Source of the DNA: Pecten maximus
Taxonomy: Eukaryota
Assembly (NCBI RefSeq): GCF_902652985.1
Contig: NC_047025.1
Span: forward strand, 22,010,001-22,074,000
Reading direction: 5' to 3'
DNA: 64,000 nt
Positions within the stretch are counted from its first letter, which is position 1, and the number at the start of each line of letters is the position of its first letter. Of this stretch, positions 38,794 to 50,800 are shown piece by piece. The position numbers and the translations under genes were made by a program. The notes beneath the pieces were generated by a model. That model saw only the letters and a program-made list of their open reading frames with translations. It did not search any database and had not been told where the DNA came from.

Positions 38794-38892
38794 CGCCGCG
38801 GCGGCTTCAGCCTCTGGACCAGTCAGACACCCAATTGAACCGCCGCGGCGGCTCCAGTCTCTAGACAATCCAGACTTCCATTGAACCGCCGC
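38794..38892. repeat. ~47-bp direct repeat (just over 2 copies) with a GC-rich palindrome
   Basis: CGCCGCGGCGGCT at 38794 and 38841, partial third copy at 38887. Confidence 0.75.
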
Positions 38893-39399
38893 TGTAGTTT
38901 TTGCTGAACAAGATAACAGTTCGTGTTTTTGTCTTTTTCATCGCATACGAGTTTTACATCGCCATACGTTATTAAGTATACCTGATGCAATCTATTTAAA
39001 ACGACCGTAAATAACGTACCTGTATATTCGCACAAAAACTTTATACGGGTAGTATAATACACATATAGATACATACATCTCTAGTCATCAAGACCGACTA
39101 ATCCAAACTGAAATTTCGCGAGGAAACTGTCGGCCCATTAGTAGGGAATAAATAGATAAATGTCAACCATGTCTGTACTAAATACAGCAAATAAAGTGAT
39201 ATAGAAAATAAATAGCCGTTGGCCATAACTTTGATTTGTGTTTGTGAAATAGCGTATGTCCATAACGTGATACCCATGAAATAGGTCAACTTCATAATTT
39301 GTTGTGCTGTCCATTTTTTTTTAAATGTTTTAAAGCGAGCAAAATATTATTAAGTTTTCAGAGCTATCGAATATTGTCAATAGCAAAATTTTAAGCAAG

Positions 39400-40010
39400 T
39401 TTATCAAAATAATTGTCTTATCTGCTAACAGTTGTATGTTCACATTCAAACAAATAATGATATTCGTCACCGATTTCATTAAAACATAGATTACAAGTTC
39501 TATTTTCTTTCGGTATTCCAATCCATCTTCCAATTTCTATAGGTAAGCGCATATTTGAAGTTCTAAATTTAATAATGATTTGTCTTTCTTTTTTGGATAA
39601 ACTGGTCTTGTATTCTTTGTTTCAAAGCAAACTTTAGGTAATCTCTTTTAATGTTTTTTTTTTTTTTAATATTGTGTGATAATCCCAAGTTCATACCAGT
39701 TTCTATCAATATATTATCAACATTCTTTAACCATTTGTCTTCCATGATTCCATTTGCCGGTAAATCAAACATTATGTTAAACATAGCACTAGACAGATAA
39801 CTACCAGTTATCAGTTTATGCCAAAGCATAATTAATCTTGTTTTAACTTCTTTATTAATGGAAATCTTCCGATTTCACCATATATCATGTAATTTGGCGT
39901 ACTTTTTCAATACCTAGTATACGCTTGCAGAACTCTATATGTATTTTTTTGATGACACTTAAATTTTCAAAGCCTCATACTTCTTCTGAATACAGAAGCA
40001 TCGGTAATTT
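39400..40010 (-). mobile_element. Decayed non-LTR retrotransposon (LINE) ORF2 3' fragment
   Basis: Minus-strand translation with a stop and frameshift: LPMLLYSEEV*GFENLSVIKKIHIEFCKRILG / PNYMIYGEIGRFPL..LWHKLI..KWLKNVDNIL..KQRIQDQFIQ / KFRTSNMRLPIEIGRWIGIPKENRTCNLCFNEIGDEYHYLFEC; this fits the post-RT region and CCHC knuckle of LINE ORF2. Confidence 0.85.
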
Positions 40011-40020
40011 CGCATTCTGA

Positions 40021-40150
40021 AAAAACTGCTAATATTACATATAATTGTTACTGTAAAAACTGCTAATACATGTATTATATATAATTGTTACTGTAAAAAC
40101 TGCTAATACATGTATTATATATAATTGTAACTTTAAAAACTGCTAATATC
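40021..40150. repeat. ~40-bp AT-rich tandem repeat, ~3 copies
   Basis: AAAAACTGCTAATACATGTATTATATATAATTGTTACTGT. Confidence 0.8.
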
Positions 40151-40985
40151 ATGCATTATTGTAAGCCAGCCTCGGGACCAGGTACACATCCAAGTGTTTC
40201 ATTTACAATGAATTCTTGGAGCAAAGTTTAACTTCATATTCGTGCTATTTTCATTCCTTTTTTGTTTCGAACAAAATGGAAACAAAAACAAAAACAAAAC
40301 AAGAAAACTCTGGCATACGTTTCAGATTGACCCGTATCAAGAAACATACATATGCACGCTTTCTGACATTTTGTCGTTTTCTTTTCTGGTAAAATTGTAG
40401 TTAATTTCTCGGTTAGCAATCCGCATCCATTCTAATGGAGCCTGACACAGAGACAAGATGAGGGGCTAAAATTTTGAATTAATTTAATGACAACTTAATT
40501 GTCACCAATTACCGATGGGAATCGAGTAAATCTTGAGCCCCGGCAATTAGCACTAGTTGACTGGTCCAGTATTACCGGCGATTGACGGTATTGACACCCA
40601 GTGTCATATCGCTGTCTTTGTTAACCCTCAACACATGCCCCGTCCATAATTGTCGGGGAGTTTCATTATAAATCTGGTTATTAATTGTAGTAACCGTTTA
40701 TTGGCTATAAACACGTGTGTTCCGATGATATTGGAAGGAACATATGCGGGATAACGGTACACACACGCATAACTGTTCTTTCTACATCATGGTGTACAAT
40801 TACTCGCCAAAATGAGATAATTTGAATAATAGGTATAATTTGAGCTATTATCGTCTGAAATCGTCTGTAATCTGTATTGTAGGGCTCGCTACACGTAAAA
40901 TCATGCATATTCTGGCGATATGAACATGTATACAACTGTGTCAAGTGCCATAACAGACCCGGGGGACTCGTGCTCGGAGGGACAG

Positions 40986-40999
40986 CCGCTAGAGGGCGG
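40986..40999 (+). promoter_or_regulatory. CTCF-like motif upstream of ESRP
   Basis: CCGCTAGAGGGCGG is close to the CTCF core CCRSYAGRKGGCRS. Confidence 0.45.
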
Positions 41000-41605
41000 T
41001 ACCGTAAGACTATAGAACTAAAGACGGCTACAAAAGACAGTCCAGCACCCACGGGGAACAGATTTTTTGTGGATTGTCAGGTGTGAATATCCCGGGGATA
41101 GAGTTCTCTACTGAAGCGATTACGAGCTGTATATAAGTAAAGGATATGTAATTTGGAGCTCATAACTTTGTTATTGTCCTGTGGAACACTAGTGCGATCC
41201 TGGATATATATGTCTGTGTGGTATCCGTGTCAACATACTTACTGTAGTACTCAACATACCTCGACTAACTCGCTACTGTTGTCTTGTCTGATTTAAGCAT
41301 TTTTTATCGGATCAAAAATTTGCACTGTGAATAACAGACACACCGAAGTCCATTATACTTGTGAGGTGTGTTGACACTTCTTCTCGCCGCGGCCTTACAG
41401 AAGAATGTTTAAAACCCACTCGGGTTTGTCTTTACCGGGACGTTTTGTATTTAAATGATCTTCTTCATTGATTAGCACTACTATTGTGAACAATTTAACA
41501 CCGTAACAGCTTATTCAGGAAACTTTACCTATTCTAGTGTTATCTCTTTTCGGAACTGTGCGTGCGCAGGGAGTCCCTTACTGCCACGTTAGGGCGAACC
41601 TCTGT

Positions 41606-41640
41606 CTGGCCAATAAGATTGCTCAGGGATAAAAAAGAGC
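41606..41640 (+). promoter_or_regulatory. Candidate ESRP core promoter (CCAAT box plus TATA-like element)
   Basis: GGCCAATAAG (CCAAT at 41610-41614) and GATAAAAAAG (41628-41637), ~130-155 bp upstream of a Kozak-context ATG. Confidence 0.45.
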
Positions 41641-41766
41641 GCGCTGTCGTCACAGCTGGTTGGGTCGAGTGACAAAACATTTCGTTTGCATTAGAGTTAG
41701 TTATACAGGTGAGGATCGTACACCGGTGTGGATGTGTGCCTCACTGTGACACTACACTAAACCAGC

Positions 41767-41892
41767 ATGGCTGCCTCTCACCTTCTCATATGTTTCTGTG
41801 TGACGGCAGGAAAGAACGGAGAAGATCTAGGAGTGGACGAGCAACAGATAGTCGTATTCGTATCTCTTCTTTTCGATGTGACCAACTGTAAG
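41767..41892 (+). CDS. ESRP1: ESRP coding exon 1
   Basis: cagcATGG; [42 protein letters not shown]|gtatgt (compare vertebrate [24 protein letters not shown]). Confidence 0.9.
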
Positions 41893-44800
41893 GTATGTTA
41901 CCTGTGAATAATATTTTATAAAACTTGAGAGAACATCTGAAGTAGTGTGTAGCTATTTATAAACACCCTCATCCGGCCCTACACGGTGACAGTAGTATCT
42001 AGTTTTTGATAACACGTTTCTCCCCAATAGGGACTCGTATCGCTAACTTAAGCTGCTTGTATTCTTGTTTTAAATGTGCACGTATGGTAGTGTTAAACTT
42101 ACTCCTGCCACGTTGTTCTTGCAGCGTAAACACACAGCAGTATGTTGACAGCTTTACACCTGTGTATTTACACCTGTTTGGGGAGGGGTGTAACTCCACC
42201 AAATGTTTGTAATCAAGCACGTGTATTCGTTCGCATAAATATCCACATATCTCCATACTGATTAAAAACTTTGGAAACTTTTACAACCTGTAATTAATTT
42301 CATGCCTGTCAGATAGCTTGGCCCCAGCGTTAATGTCAGGCTACTGTATATATACACAGAGCATCATAAATGCTTCTGTATACGTTTTTATATTATATAT
42401 CACAGGATTCATACCTGTATAATGGTCACGTATATTTATTAACAGGTCGTCGCCGTACAACACCAGTATGTCCGACCACAGCCAACAGAACTCTCAGAAA
42501 CCGTCCTTACTGAAGAATGTAAACTCGAGACAGGATTAGATGAGGATGTCATAAAGAATTCTCAGCCCCTCGAACACGTCCTCGATGAGGTAAGACATTA
42601 TGTGAACTCAACACGTTGCATCCTTATTCCACTCTCCCCTTCCAACAAAACCAACCGTAAATCTACCATATGTCATTTACAAACTTCAAAGCCGAATGCC
42701 CTAATAAAACGGACTACACAGGAGTTGGAAAGTTGATTGAATGTATATTCTAAACGTTTAAAATTTCTTTTCCCTGATATTTTTAATGTGAAGTAAGAGG
42801 TAAGATGTGGTTTGCTGAATGCTGGCGAACGAAGTACACTAGACTGTATTACTGGACCAAGGTGGAGCATCTCATGTCCACATTTATAACTAGCCCCAAT
42901 GTATGTTAGAAAACTTCTTCAACACTGAGCAGTAGCGCGTGTCGCCCAGATACACAAGAGCCATTTGATCAATACACCGTGAAAATAAATATTGTGGCCG
43001 AGGAGGAATTACCTGCATTAAATTCACTGTAATATGTGTCACAGGAGGTTTATCAAGGACACGCCCACTTTCTGTCCTACTATATATGATACGGACTGTT
43101 TATGATTCATACAAATATCTTTGGTTACATTAATTTTACTCCTTTTCTAGCCAATATAGAAATGTATATGTAATTTGGATCGATTGGTGATATTTGGATT
43201 TTGGCTTGTTTACTTGAAACACGACACCACATTTCACTTTTAAGTGTTCCTCATATATAAGACACTAAATTTAATTCAATATATACTTTTTGAAAACGAC
43301 GTTGTAAACTGGTATCCAGTCCGATATTAAAACAAATGTTTTAAACTGTGAAACTAGATTTTAAATGGTAATATGTTGGACATTAAGTTGACCATGCTTA
43401 GCGGTCTGTAAACAGCTGTTACATCAACTGTCCACGTGTTCGCGGTATATAGACATGGAAACAGGCCTGTGTAATATTAATATAACATATAATACAATTC
43501 ACGCTACCACTTCGCAACCTGTTGCATCAGTAGTATCGATTTTCCGACAGGTAACTTCAAATTTTCCGCATATCGTAACTTAAGCCTGTAGCAGGTTTGA
43601 AGAAATTAGAAAATACAGTTCCATGCACGTGCTTACAGTTATATTTACTACTGTTTTTGTTAGGCGTTTACTTTTTTTACCTTTTGTTTTTTACTGGTGT
43701 GAGGAGGGTCATGTGATCGTGATTTGTTTACGTTTCCTGTAAAATGTCAGTCCTCTCGTACGATGAGAACCCATGTGTAACCTGTCCGACCACCATTGTT
43801 ATACAGAGATTATAACGGTCAGGGACTTAACAGACGGTCCTATTATCTAATCACCTGACACACGAACAGGTGTCTCCACAGGTTAGGATAGACCACGAAT
43901 AAATGAAAAATACTGGCGAGGATTTTAAACAAAATGGATAAGATAAAATCGCAGTATAGACGTGACGGTGATGTAACGGTCGCAAATCAAACCCTGTTTC
44001 TATCCCCGTCCAGTGGCCAGCTCACACGGCCCAGAATGTCCATCGGATAGGGATAAGATTATCCCTTATAACTCCCAGACCATATCAATGTTTTACACAC
44101 AAATAGAGGTGAAGGAGAGCGTTTGTGGACAGTGCCTTATCGGAACATCTGACTACGGACGGGTGTTACTTCTCACACTTTAATTACATGCGATGAGAAC
44201 CACACAATATGGTGGTCACGCAGACATACCTGTTTTTCAGTTTGATCAACAATAATTTTAAAAACAAAAATGCTATGCCAACAAATTTAATGACCTAGAT
44301 CCCGAAGAATGCACTTGTTCACTTGCGAATCTTCCTACATTTTTAACCCGACCTAGACACTGATTTTATAAGTGAATGAATGCAATTCAGGTAAACAACA
44401 CAGCGAAGTTAAAGACTGGCAATGTTCTCATAGTTTAAAGTGTTTATTGAACGAAAATAATTACCCAGGGGCCACATAGCGTGAATTTAACACTAACAAA
44501 CGCTGGCTAGGGTAGGGCATGGATGACGGCTTCTGGTGACATTTTAAAAGTATACATTATACACGAGATATCTCAATTACTGCTAGACACGGGCTGTATG
44601 TGTTAATCTTATAACCCCCACAAAGGCTTTCGGAAGAGGGCGTTCGGGAAGGGGGTCCTTCCATAGAAGGGGGAAGGCGGGGATGGAAGTGATTGGGGGG
44701 GGGGGGGGGGGGCTATCCTCCCATAAAATACATATACTGTATATCCTTTTGACCGTATCAACTGCCACTACTTCCATTCAAATATTAAATATACTTTCAT

Positions 44801-47800
44801 TATATTTTGTTATTTTCTTTTTGTATTATAGTTCGAAAGATTTCTCTCAGCAAAAGGAGTACACCCCGAGAACGGTGGCAAATCGTTTTGCCTATTGACT
44901 GATGGCCAGTCACATCTACGTCAGTGTCTTCATCCAGAGGCCAGTAATAAAAATGTTTCCATACCCAGCTACTTTAACAAATTCTTTGATCTGAGGAAAC
45001 AGTTCAGGAAGTTTTACAAAACGGACAATATACACAACATCAAATCTATGATAGATTGTATCCTTTTTACCTGATATTAGTGTGTCTATTGGAATACCTG
45101 GTTCGGTAAGTATTTATTTATATACTGTGTTAAACTCGTCTTACTTTTCTGATCTCACTGTGGTGAGCCAGCTGTCAGTAACGTCCATCTGTTGACCTCC
45201 GGATGACCTTGACCGAAAGTGTTGATGCTTTTTTTACCTGTATCTATTATTGATATGATGACGAAAACAATACCCAGACCCTGTCTTATTAATTATCACC
45301 AATTATACACGATAACGCCACATATAAAACATCAGTTAATATTTATATATGCACCGAGTAGATATGGCCTAAAATAGAAACAAGAATTTTGTAATATCAT
45401 TTGGCAAACCGCAGTGAAATAACCTCCATTCCTATGTAATACACGGATCACACGAAAGCTCCACGGGTCGAAATAAACTCACTAGGAATGTTTTAATTCA
45501 GGACGAAGTAATGGAAACCTTTTGTCAATGAGAAACCTACCCCGAAAACACACCAGTCCAATTGTGGAAGACACGATCAAACTCTGATAACATTGACGGC
45601 TGATAATACTGGGTGTTACTTGGAAATGTCTTAAACAAGTTTGTTATGACTGACAGAAACATTTTCTAGTCAGGATACTTTTGTTTCCCTGTTGCCTCTT
45701 CTATAGACGAACACAAATTTAAAATTTAGATAGGTGTCGTCTGCTTCTGTCAAAAACTGTGACGTCACATAACTTTACACTGAAGTGTAAAGCATAATCA
45801 ACTAATTGTGACAGAGGAGGACATCCTGTGTCATATTTATAACGTGGAACAGCTAAATCATAAAAAACTTTTTGGTAATACCCTCGTTAAATAGCATTGT
45901 TGCGATGTGTACTTTATCCCCTACTCAGCGCGTGAGCTCGTGAGCTCATTGATCAGAAAGGCTTCTGAACAAATGACATTGAATTGCATTGTATAATACG
46001 TGGAGTAGTTGATACCTTAAATGCAGGTGTAAGTTTCAAGTCGAACTTTTTTATTTCGTTTTACCTGTAATCTTAATAATAGGATATGTATGTTTGGATA
46101 ACATCCGGGCAATCTATAAGAAAAAAATGAATCCCCAAAACACAGCATAAGTTAATACGAAATTAAAACAATTATCAAAGTAAATGTGAAATTATTAAGA
46201 AGAAATACACCGTAAATTTTAATGATATCAAACTTAAGATGATTTTAAATGGACGGCTAGGACTTACAATATCATGATCTACTCAGAAATAAATGTCAAA
46301 TATCAGTCGTTTACTGAATAAGTCTATTATACATGCATGATTCTCTCATTATAAATGAGTAATAAAAAATGCGGAATAATAACAAACTAGGTACAATGAA
46401 ACGGAAACAGGATTACGTCTTACCTAATTGAAAGCGAGTGTATTTTAAAGTTTTGTCGGAGAATATATACTTATCACAGTGTTTGTTCAGGGAGGATTAA
46501 CTATCAAAAGAGACAAAATAAATGAAAAATGGTTCCTTCAAATTGCCATAGGGGCTGTCGACTACGTTCCTGACATGTTTAAACTGTAGATTATAAATTG
46601 AGACTTTCTAATGAACTTAGAACTTGATGTTACTGTATATAATCGCACGGGACGTCGGTAAATGGAAGCGAATAACAAAAAGCGTAAGGGAAGGGACAAA
46701 GAGACACATCACCGCCACGATATGCCCTTACTGAACAGTGTTTCACAGATTGTGTACAGACATTTTTAATTTGGAAGGTTAAAATTTTAAATAGCCCACA
46801 TACAAACTGGTTTTCATAACATTCAGCCGTAGCTCTGAGGGTTGGTTTACATAGCTAGTGACATTCTTTGGGTGTCAAGCTTTAAGCCTAGAGTTATCGG
46901 TCGGGTAGATGTACCCCAAAGTGTGGGGTCATGTACCCAGGTGCTAGGGACTTCTGGTCATTACCATATACGTAAATCTTCATTACGTGACGTTACTCGG
47001 CTGTCTGTCCAGTCCGACACTCCCCCCTCCCTTTCCCGACCCTATAGACATCTCTATTGCGGATCTGTCCCCCTATAGTCGTACTCGAGTGTTGTGTTAT
47101 TGGAAACCTCTTATGCCGACACATGTTCGATACCTCACTGTGTATGTAATTCCTTCGGGATAGAAGTGTTACTGGGTTTGTAAGGCTTCGCGTGATAATC
47201 GTCTGCTAGATCAAAAACAACCCGAATCTGTATTTTAATACAATTTTACTTTATATCCATATGGTTTGTTTATACAAGTGTCATGTCTACAGTTCCTCAA
47301 AAATAGAGATATGAACAAATAACAGAAACATTGAAGGAACATACACTCAGCACGACTAATTAAAAAGACCGCTTCATATTTAAAATACTGCGAGTCATCT
47401 ACCAAATATTTACATTTTAACGCAGTGTTTACTGTTGCGAAAATGCAATTAACAAAGTCAAAGTAAGAGCTTGAGAGGTCTTTAATTAATCTTTACTGTC
47501 ATGTTGTCACTATTTTAAGAGAGCTATGGATGTTCCTTTTTATGGATATTAGCTGTAGACGAGTAGACGAATGGCCCTTTTTATAAAATCTGGACTGAAA
47601 TGGTTCAGTGGTGTCGCACATCCATAACAACACGACAGAAGCACTGGTCGGTGAATCCATTGTTGTGTATTCCTGACGTTAGTCGCCACCAGGATAGTTC
47701 TCTATTGCCTCTCAACTTGTAAACAGTGAAAATGAAATCGCTTCAAAGAAGAAATAGTGAAGTACCTGGCGACACAGGTCGAAGTTTTATTAATTAGTAC

Positions 47801-50800
47801 ACCTGACAGGTGTTTTGGCTTCTACCATCTGTTCTAGAAAATATTTCGGAAAAGAGCCCGAACGTTGAGACCTAACATTACCACGAAATTCAAGTGAAGT
47901 TTTTAGTTTATTGGGTGAATGACAGTGCGACACTATCCCGCTTCCTCGACAAAAGTCCCCCCAGTTCGTGGTGTCACCATGTAAACACGACGTTTGTCTG
48001 GTGTAGAACATGCAGTGTTGTAAGCATGCCAAGCTTAACTGGGAAGTGGAAGCGGTTTTTATCGTTATATATTAACAGTTTGTATTTATTATAAAGTTAT
48101 ACAATATCAACCATTACAATATCATTTCCTCGTAGCAATGTTTTAATTTTGAGACCAAACATAAAGAAAATACAAGTCATTACGTTTCTAATGGGTTAAG
48201 AATATATAAAATAACATCCTGTGTTGTTTTCCTCGTGTTGAACGGAGCATTAAACATCCAGACTGCTTGATAACCTGCACGATATTTTGTTGCCGCCCGA
48301 ACAAGTAGTACGAGCGACACACCAGTTTATGTGTAAAGGCCCGAGGCGATGTTTCCTGTGGACAGTGATGGATGGGACAGAATTCGGGGACTTTTGCCAC
48401 GGCGCATTTCCCGACCTGGGGCTAAAAATGACTAGCATACAGAAGGCGTTATAATGTACAATTGTAAATACAAGTGTATATATCTATTTTCAATTAACAC
48501 ATCCACGCATACAATCTGAATTCCATTGGAATGTGTAATGGTGCGTTAACTGTACAAATAGTAACTACCGCTAACTTGTTGCTTTCTTCTCTTTAATTCC
48601 TGTCGACTTGTAGTCGATATCTCTCGGACTAGACTTCCTGTGGAAAAGTCACCCTTCATACATGTACGCAAGGAACAACCCTTAGCTTTCAAGGGAGTTC
48701 CTCGTCTAACTTTGTTTTATGAATTCGCAAGACGCAATTTAAGTCTTTTCGAATCATTCAACGTAAACAATTTGATGACAATTTTGGAGGTCATGTCTAC
48801 GAATTTCATTGTCCACAATTTCACACTGAGAAAGTTTAATTATCATTTATAAATATACTAATTTCAGACCTTAGTCTTACAAAGTATAATTATTTATATC
48901 TTTGAGAGCTAATTTGATTGAGAAGTTTAAATTCGAATTAAAAGCTTTAAATACAAAGCACCCCTGAAAAACTCAAGATTCCGATGATATTATTCTACCT
49001 AAATAAACACCATTAGTATGTGCTAAACATAAGAATAGATTTACTTGTACAGCTGACTAAAATAAGCCGTGTTCTTTTAATTAGATAGCGCACTTGCTGT
49101 ACTCTTTACTCCATACAATGGAAATAATCAGTTGACGTTAAACATTCTAACTTTAGAACGCGTGTAGAGTCTGGGTGATACCGATATAGTTAAAGCGAAA
49201 TACTCTGTGTTTTCTATTTCGGTATTTGTTCAAATGCTTTGAATTAAAACTGTTTTATAGTGTATCTGTTAGTGTATAACACACAAGCCCGTATAAATGA
49301 CTCCAATACGGTAGTAGGACATTCCGAAGTATTTTCACTTTTAGCGATACGATCGAATGTCTCCCTAATGTGTTCATTCACATGGAACAGTGCTACAGGT
49401 TTCTGTCCCTGTCGTTCACACGTACAAACGGGTAGATACCAAGTCAAACGTCAACTTCGGGGTAATTTGTAACGATCTGCCCTACTTCTCTCATCAACCA
49501 CAGGGTGTTCAGTATGAATGGCTCAAAGAAAAATATGAAAATAAGTCAGATCAACCATTTCTTGCACTTGAACGTTTAGAAGTTTATGATTGGCGATGAT
49601 ACAATCTATATAATTAATTTAAAATTTAAATTACACATATTCTTATGATTAATTTTAACCCCTTGAGATGTGAATCTGTTCAAGGTAGAAGTTTAATTTA
49701 TGTTCAATGTCAGAGTTTAACGCCGAGATGGAAATATTTTCTTACCTGTATCTACATTGTGGATTAACTGTCAGATAAGGGCTCGTGGCATACGTTTTAC
49801 GGGATATCGTAAGAGCCTAGAGGGCACATATCGATAAAGATCGATAATAGCCTGATTGATTTTACGGACAGGTAACAGCGCTGACTGTAAGATATATGGA
49901 GTGGAGATCAAGTTTGTTTCTTTCACCTGTCAATATAAGCCAGAAATTTCACCGTGATGTGACTAGCTGTAGGGATCTCTGGACACATCCAAAGATTTAT
50001 CCCGGGGCGTTGTGATACACTGAACATCAACAAACACACTTGTCCTTATTTGTCTAAAAATATACAGGGAGGAAGGGAACAATGTGCGCATAGTAAGGCT
50101 TCAAACGAGCTCTAGACAAAATATCTCTCATCTCGGGAAAATGTCTTATGACAACAATAGGTAGTTAAAGCTAACATACATACAAAACGCCTTTAGGGTT
50201 GTAGAGGATTGAAAGGGAGAGAAAACTAGAAAGATACTCATCAGGAGTATATGTATAGTGTATTAGATTCAATAAAAACGAGCTATCATCCAAAATATCA
50301 TATTAGGCTTTAGCCATTACCAAAAAGAGTTAAAAAGAATATTATAATGCTGGAAGTTGTTTGAAGGAGGACAGAGTAGCGAGAGAGATGTGAATTTGCG
50401 GAGATACGTTTTGATTTGATGGGGAGGATATGCGAGCATAATTGGACAGCGTTATATAACGAGGTCCGCACGATGACAATGGGGCAGTGTTGGTTAGATA
50501 TCATCCTCTGTTAAAGGTACACCAACTCGACATTAATGCCCCAAATACGGGCCTCGCACAAACAGATTAGCATAACATTCGCTGATACAACGTTTATTGG
50601 TCGTAAAGAATGTCGTCGGTTTTTAAAGATTAATGTAATTGTATATATTTTATAGAAAGTTTAATACAGCTAGCAGCACAATTTGCTAACATTGGACAGA
50701 AGTAAGAATTCATTTTATGACATTAATTGCGGAAGAGAATCCTTTCATGTAGAAAATGAAAAAAAACCGAACCTAGGTATATTTCTGTGTGATGTTTTCT

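Noticed and set aside
49244-49600. ORF fragment faintly like a DNA-transposon protein (..[16 protein letters not shown])
   Set aside because: Too short and degenerate to assign without a profile search.
50280-50400. Possible second LINE fragment ([12 protein letters not shown])
   Set aside because: Only about 12 residues of weak resemblance, which is insufficient.
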